Of a DNA stretch of 64,000 nucleotides, positions 59,330-64,000 are shown in pieces. The notes under the pieces are model-generated. The model did not search any database. It had not been told where the DNA came from and saw nothing but the letters and a program-made list of their open reading frames with translations. Within the stretch, counting starts at the first letter, position 1; the number at the start of each line of letters is the position of its first letter. Origin of the DNA: a virus (lineage: Duplodnaviria; Caudoviricetes); IMG/VR virus record IMGVR_UViG_3300042363_001351, positions 32,001-96,000 of that record; one strand, given 5' to 3'. A program made the position numbers and the translations under genes.

Positions 59330-61192
59330 ATGAAAATTATAATACCTCTCAACGGTAAGGGAGCTAGATTTAGTGAAAAGGGATATACTGATAGTAAGCC
59401 GTTTATAAATATAAACGGTACTAGTATTTTGTGTAACGTAGTTAAGTCTCTTAATATTGATAAAGAAGAGTTAATTATACTAGCAAGAAAAGAATATACA
59501 AAAAATAATTTAGATTTTTATCTTTATAAAAACTTTCCTAAGATTAAAAGTAAAGTAGTATATCTAGAAAAGGATACCATTGGCCCAGCTGATACTCTTC
59601 TTACAGGCCTTAAAAGCCTTTATAACGGTACTCTAGTAGATGAACCCTTCTTAGCTATAGACAGTGATACTATTTACAATGATGAAATTATATCTAAGCT
59701 AAAAGATATAAACTCACCTTGTATTTTTTATTCTGAAACTACAGAAGAAGCACCTCTTTATTCGTATATTAAAATTGATGAAAACAATAACGTAGTTGAT
59801 ATAGCGGAAAAAATAAAAATCTCTAATCTCGCTAACACTGGAGCATACTTTTTTAATTCTTCTAAGAGGTTTTTTGAAATAGCTGAGAGTCTTTTAGAGG
59901 TTAATAAAGATAATAGAGAAATCTATACCTCGCTAGTTTATAAAAAGATGATAGATGATGGCGCTCCTGTAAAGAGTATCTTTGTAAATAGTTTTAATGC
60001 GGTAGGTACTCCTTTGCAGTTGCAGAACTACAGTATGAACAATAAATCAAAACCTAAAAGATTTGTATTTGACTTAGATAACACTCTTGTAACTCACCCT
60101 AGAGTTTCTGGTGATTATAGTACGGTAGAGCCTATAACGGAAAATATAAATTTCTTAAAACATTTAAAGGATGCAGGTAATTATATTATTATATATACCG
60201 CTAGAAGAATGAAAACGCATAGTGGCAATGTTGCAAAAGTAGTAGCAGATATAGGCGATATAACTATACAAACACTCAAAAAATATGACATACAATATGA
60301 TGAGTTGCAGTTTGGTAAACCTTATGCAGATTTTTATATTGACGATTTAAGTATTAATCCGTTAAAGGAGGATTTACAGCAGTGCACTGGTTTCTACTAT
60401 CCTAAAAAAGTAGAGTCGAGACCTTTTAATACTGTCGAAATAATCGGCGACATAGTTACTAAAAGAGGTAATATATCGGGTGAGATTTATTGGTATAAGA
60501 ACTGCCCGTACTATATTATAGATAAGTATTTCCCAAAAATTTATAGTTTGAGCGACAGCTTCATACAGATGGAGAGAGTAGAGGGAGCCTCGTTTTCACA
60601 CCTTTATACAAGCGGACTAGTAACTGAGACTATCTTATCTAAGATATTAACAGCACTAGATGATATTCATAAATTCAACGAACCTCGTAAAGGTGTCTAT
60701 ATTAATAATTATAAAGAAAAAATATTAAAAAGATTTGAAGAAAACAAACAATTATATGCTTCTCTAAATGGTTCAAATGCGGTACTATCTGATTTAATAG
60801 AAGCTTTCGATAATTATAAAATAGAAGATGGTAGTATTATTCATGGAGACCCGGTCTTTTCTAATATATTTTTAACTACCAGTAATGATATAAAATTCAT
60901 AGATGTAAGAGGTAGTAATGGATGCGAATTAACAATATATGGCGATCCTCTTTATGACTATGCAAAAATCTATCAGTCAATATTAGGGTATGATTTTATA
61001 TTACTTGGTAAGGAGATAGATTTGCAGATAGTTGAAGAGATGAGAAGAATCTTTATTGATCTTATTACAAAGAAAAATATAGACATTGATATAGTTTCGC
61101 ATATAACAAAAAGTCATATTTTTAGTCTACTTCCTCTTCATACTGACGAAGTAAAGATTAAAAAATATTTCGATCTAATAAAAACAATTTAA
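59330..61192 (+). CDS. Three-domain protein: sugar-nucleotidyltransferase, HAD phosphatase and APH/choline-kinase-like domain
   Basis: IIP..GKGARF..KP; FDLDNTL..YTARRM..GKPYADFYIDD; HGDPVFSNI..FIDVRG. Confidence 0.85.
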   Translation: MKIIIPLNGKGARFSEKGYTDSKPFININGTSILCNVVKSLNIDKEELIILARKEYTKNNLDFYLYKNFPKIKSKVVYLEKDTIGPADTLLTGLKSLYNGTLVDEPFLAIDSDTIYNDEIISKLKDINSPCIFYSETTEEAPLYSYIKIDENNNVVDIAEKIKISNLANTGAYFFNSSKRFFEIAESLLEVNKDNREIYTSLVYKKMIDDGAPVKSIFVNSFNAVGTPLQLQNYSMNNKSKPKRFVFDLDNTLVTHPRVSGDYSTVEPITENINFLKHLKDAGNYIIIYTARRMKTHSGNVAKVVADIGDITIQTLKKYDIQYDELQFGKPYADFYIDDLSINPLKEDLQQCTGFYYPKKVESRPFNTVEIIGDIVTKRGNISGEIYWYKNCPYYIIDKYFPKIYSLSDSFIQMERVEGASFSHLYTSGLVTETILSKILTALDDIHKFNEPRKGVYINNYKEKILKRFEENKQLYASLNGSNAVLSDLIEAFDNYKIEDGSIIHGDPVFSNIFLTTSNDIKFIDVRGSNGCELTIYGDPLYDYAKIYQSILGYDFILLGKEIDLQIVEEMRRIFIDLITKKNIDIDIVSHITKSHIFSLLPLHTDEVKIKKYFDLIKTI

Positions 61193-61196
61193 GCGA

Positions 61197-61224
61197 TTGA
61201 TACTTATAGGAACTGCTATATACT
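61197..61224 (+). promoter_or_regulatory. Sigma70-like promoter of rfbH
   Basis: TTGATA-N16-TATACT-N6-ATG. Confidence 0.6.
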
Positions 61225-61230
61225 TTCTTT

Positions 61231-62559
61231 ATGACGAATAAAAAAGAAGCTATCTTACAGCTCGTTAAAGAATTTGTAGCAGAAAACGCCGAGCAAAAAA
61301 AATGGGTTGCTGGTAAAGACTGGGTACAGTACGCAGGACCGTTTTTTGACGAAAATGAGTATGTAGCTTCTATCGAGACGTTGCTTAATGGATGGTTGGT
61401 CTTAGGCCGTTGCGGTATTAATTTTGAAAATAAATTTCCTAAATTGCTCGATAAGCAATATGGCATTCTGACAAATAGCGGCAGCAGTTCTAATCTAATT
61501 ATGATGTCCGCTCTAACTTCAAAAAGGCTCTATAATCTCAAGAAAGGTACAAAGGTCATAACACCGATTGCTGGATTCCCTACTACTATCAACCCTATTT
61601 TTCAATTAGGATTTGAGCCTCTGTTTGTTGATATAGATTTAGACACATTAAATCTAAATCTAGACCAGGTCGAGCAAAAGGCTAAAGAAGGAGCTAGAGT
61701 TATTACTTTTGCTCACGTTCTAGGAAATCCTCCTAATATGGACGATCTGATGCAAATCGTTAAAAAATATGATCTTATTTTATTAGAAGATTGTTGTGAT
61801 GCACTAGGATCGACATATAGAGACAAGCCTTTAGGAAGCTTCGGAGAATTTGCAAGCTGTTCATTTTACCCTGCGCATCATATTACTATGGGTGAAGGTG
61901 GTTTCGTAGCATGTAATACGCATCAACAGGAGATTGTAGCAAGAAGCTTTAGAGAATGGGGAAGAGGATGTTATTGTGTAGGTATGAAGGCTGGATTGCT
62001 TAAAAACGGATCCTGTGGAAATCGTTTTAGTAATTGGCTTCCGTCTCTACCAGATGAAATTTTTGACCACAAATATGTTTATGATGAGATAGGCTATAAC
62101 TTAAAACCTATTGAAATTCAAGCCGCAATGGGTCTTGAACAAATTAAAAAATTGCCTCAAATTACCGAGAGACGTAAGCATAACCACTTTAAATTAGTTA
62201 CTATATTCAAGCAATTCGAAGAATATTTTATTATTCCTAAAGCTACTGAAAACAGTGATCCTAGCTGGTTTGCGTTCGCCTTAACAATAAAAGACAGAGC
62301 GCCCTTTAAAAGAAAAGACATAGTTGATTTTTTTGAATCGAATAAAATTCAAACTAGACCCTATTTTGCTGGTAATATTATGCTACAACCCGCTTATGAA
62401 GGTCTTATGGATAAGAATGAGGTAATTAATAATTATCCTAATGCTAGAAAGGTTACTACAGATACATTCTTTCTAGGAACCAGTCCTGTAATAACTGATG
62501 AGCAGCTTGACTATATAGAAAACGTGCTTAAATCTTTTATACAGTCACGCGTATTATAA
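61231..62559 (+). CDS. rfbH: NDP-4-keto-6-deoxyglucose 3-dehydrase (RfbH/DdhC-like)
   Basis: NSGSSSN, FPTT, EDCCDALG, SFYPAHHITMGEGG, WGR.C.C, DHKY, TRPYFAGN. Confidence 0.9.
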   Translation: MTNKKEAILQLVKEFVAENAEQKKWVAGKDWVQYAGPFFDENEYVASIETLLNGWLVLGRCGINFENKFPKLLDKQYGILTNSGSSSNLIMMSALTSKRLYNLKKGTKVITPIAGFPTTINPIFQLGFEPLFVDIDLDTLNLNLDQVEQKAKEGARVITFAHVLGNPPNMDDLMQIVKKYDLILLEDCCDALGSTYRDKPLGSFGEFASCSFYPAHHITMGEGGFVACNTHQQEIVARSFREWGRGCYCVGMKAGLLKNGSCGNRFSNWLPSLPDEIFDHKYVYDEIGYNLKPIEIQAAMGLEQIKKLPQITERRKHNHFKLVTIFKQFEEYFIIPKATENSDPSWFAFALTIKDRAPFKRKDIVDFFESNKIQTRPYFAGNIMLQPAYEGLMDKNEVINNYPNARKVTTDTFFLGTSPVITDEQLDYIENVLKSFIQSRVL

Positions 62560-62580
62560 AAATACTCGTGTAGTTTTTAT

Positions 62581-63534
62581 ATGAAAAAAATTGTATATAT
62601 TACAGGGTGTTTAGGTTTTATAGGTTCTTATATAACGAGAGCGTGTCTTAATCGTGGATGGTATGTAAAGGGTGTTGATAAAATCACTTACGCAGCAAAT
62701 AAGAGTATACTCAACGAGTTTAATAATTATAATAATTTTTCATTTGTAAATAGAGATATAAATGAGCTTAAGTTTTTATACGACTGCGATTATGTAATTA
62801 ATACAGCAGCAGAGACTCACGTTGGTAATTCTATCGTTAATAGTGATGAATTTGTACACTCTAATATTAACGGGGTACATAATCTTCTAGAGCTTATTAA
62901 AAACCATCGAGGTGAAAATTCTTCAAAGCCTATTTTCTTACACTTCAGCACCGATGAAGTGTATGGAGACATTGAGCAGGGTCTCCATACCGAGCAAGAT
63001 TTACTCAAGCCTAGTAATCCCTATTCAGCAACAAAAGCAGCTGCTGATATGCTTGTATTAGCTTGGGCTAGAACCTACAACCTACCTTATATTATAATTA
63101 GACCTACCAACAATTACGGTATAGGTCAATATGTTGAGAAACTTATTCCTAAATCGTGTAAATATCTCAACGTAGGTAAAAAAATACCTATTCACAACAG
63201 CGGAGAACCTATACGTAACTGGCTTCATGCAGAAGATACTGCTAATGCAGTTATTACAATAATTGAATCTAACTCTGTAAATGAGGTATATAATATTTGC
63301 GGAGGCTTTGAACAAAGCAATCTCGAAACGGTAGTAAAATTAATAAAGGCATACGGTATCGACAAAAACAAAGTTAACAATTATATAGACTGGTCTTGTA
63401 ATAGACCTGGTCAAGATGTTAGATATGCTTTAGACGACTCGAAGCTTAGATCTCTAGGGTGGGAGCCTAAAAAAGAATTTGACGTTGAAATTAAGGCAAT
63501 TACAGACTATTATAAAGATAGGTTTATATGGTAA
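62581..63534 (+). CDS. rfbB: dTDP-glucose 4,6-dehydratase-like SDR
   Basis: TGCLGFIGS, DKITYA, AAETHV, STDEVYG, PSNPYSATKA, EKLIP, RPGQDVRY. Confidence 0.9.
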   Translation: MKKIVYITGCLGFIGSYITRACLNRGWYVKGVDKITYAANKSILNEFNNYNNFSFVNRDINELKFLYDCDYVINTAAETHVGNSIVNSDEFVHSNINGVHNLLELIKNHRGENSSKPIFLHFSTDEVYGDIEQGLHTEQDLLKPSNPYSATKAAADMLVLAWARTYNLPYIIIRPTNNYGIGQYVEKLIPKSCKYLNVGKKIPIHNSGEPIRNWLHAEDTANAVITIIESNSVNEVYNICGGFEQSNLETVVKLIKAYGIDKNKVNNYIDWSCNRPGQDVRYALDDSKLRSLGWEPKKEFDVEIKAITDYYKDRFIW

Positions 63535-63576
63535 GTAGTATAAATTTTTTGTATATAAAAAACTTTTAAAAATATT

Positions 63577-64000
63577 ATGAATGCAAGAGAAGGTAAATGT
63601 GTAAAGATTCTAACTGATCTTATTGAAAATGACGGCCTAGTAGGTATAAAAACTAGTTTTGAAGACGAAGGTGCGACGTTTAATGAGACTATTCGTTTAA
63701 AGGAAATTTGTAATCAATCTAAGACTAAGATTACACTTAAAATTGGCGGGCCTGAAGCAATACGCGATTTAAAAGACTCACTAATTATAGGTGTAAAGGG
63801 ATTAGTAGCACCAATGGTAGAGTCAGAATTTGGGTTAAAAAAATTCATTCAAGCTACTAAAATACATATTACTGAAAGTGTTCTATCATCATTGCAGTTA
63901 AATATAAACGTCGAAACAATTACATCAGTTCAAAATGTAGAAAAAATGCTTGAATCTGTAGAGTCGAAAGACCTATACGGAGTGACGGTTGGAAGAGTAG
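63577..64000 (+). CDS. HpcH/HpaI aldolase/citrate-lyase family protein, 5' part
   Basis: Hand translation: GIKTSFEDEG..KIGGPEA..APMVES..INVET..VTVGRV; open to the window end. Confidence 0.75.
   Translation, partial: MNAREGKCVKILTDLIENDGLVGIKTSFEDEGATFNETIRLKEICNQSKTKITLKIGGPEAIRDLKDSLIIGVKGLVAPMVESEFGLKKFIQATKIHITESVLSSLQLNINVETITSVQNVEKMLESVESKDLYGVTVGRV

Noticed and set aside
2863-63315. Many short antisense or nested ORFs in the ORF track (e.g. 2863-3063, 24128-24472, 46651-47109, 49838-50128)
   Set aside because: They are shadows of well-supported genes, with no motifs or promoter signals of their own.
1-64000. Stop-codon reassignment
   Set aside because: Core genes are full length in the standard code, and TAA, TAG and TGA all end genes.
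1-64000. tRNA or rRNA genes
   Set aside because: Intergenic gaps are short and no cloverleaf was recognised by eye; tRNAscan-SE would confirm.
54540-64000. Bacterial O-antigen locus, implying a prophage boundary
   Set aside because: The AT-rich style and short promoter-to-ATG spacing match the phage genes, the cluster shares a divergent promoter spacer with a late gene, and no wzx/wzy, integrase or att site was seen.

Overview
A gene-dense, AT-rich 64 kb segment of a large T4-like (gp55-type) dsDNA myophage, read in the standard genetic code. I saw no tRNA, rRNA, CRISPR array, integrase or reverse transcriptase. Layout: (1) 1-15.8 kb, tail/baseplate/fibre genes; (2) 17.3-39.7 kb, a minus-strand T4-like replication/recombination core (primase, RNase H, clamp, gp32, gp59-like, gp41, UvsX, gp43, gp46/47, gp55, UvsW, UvsY) interleaved with QueC, a class II glutamine amidotransferase, two glycosyltransferases and FeoA; (3) 39.7-48.3 kb, late-promoter genes whose N-termini resemble T4 capsid-targeting propeptides; (4) 46-53 kb, folE/queD/queE, phoH, nucleases and a P-loop kinase; (5) 54.5-64 kb, a glycan/deoxysugar biosynthesis cluster. 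Best candidate for a novel system: a head-packaged, protease-matured enzyme payload (nuclease-like protein, nucleotidyltransferase-ligase-like fusion, adenylyltransferase-like protein, aspartic-type protease), possibly coupled to an atypical 7-deazaguanine DNA-modification pathway. Also notable: promoter spacing that suggests widespread leaderless transcription, compact bidirectional early/late promoter junctions, and a frameshift that detaches the acidic tail of gp32. All family calls come from motif recognition by eye; no database search was run.
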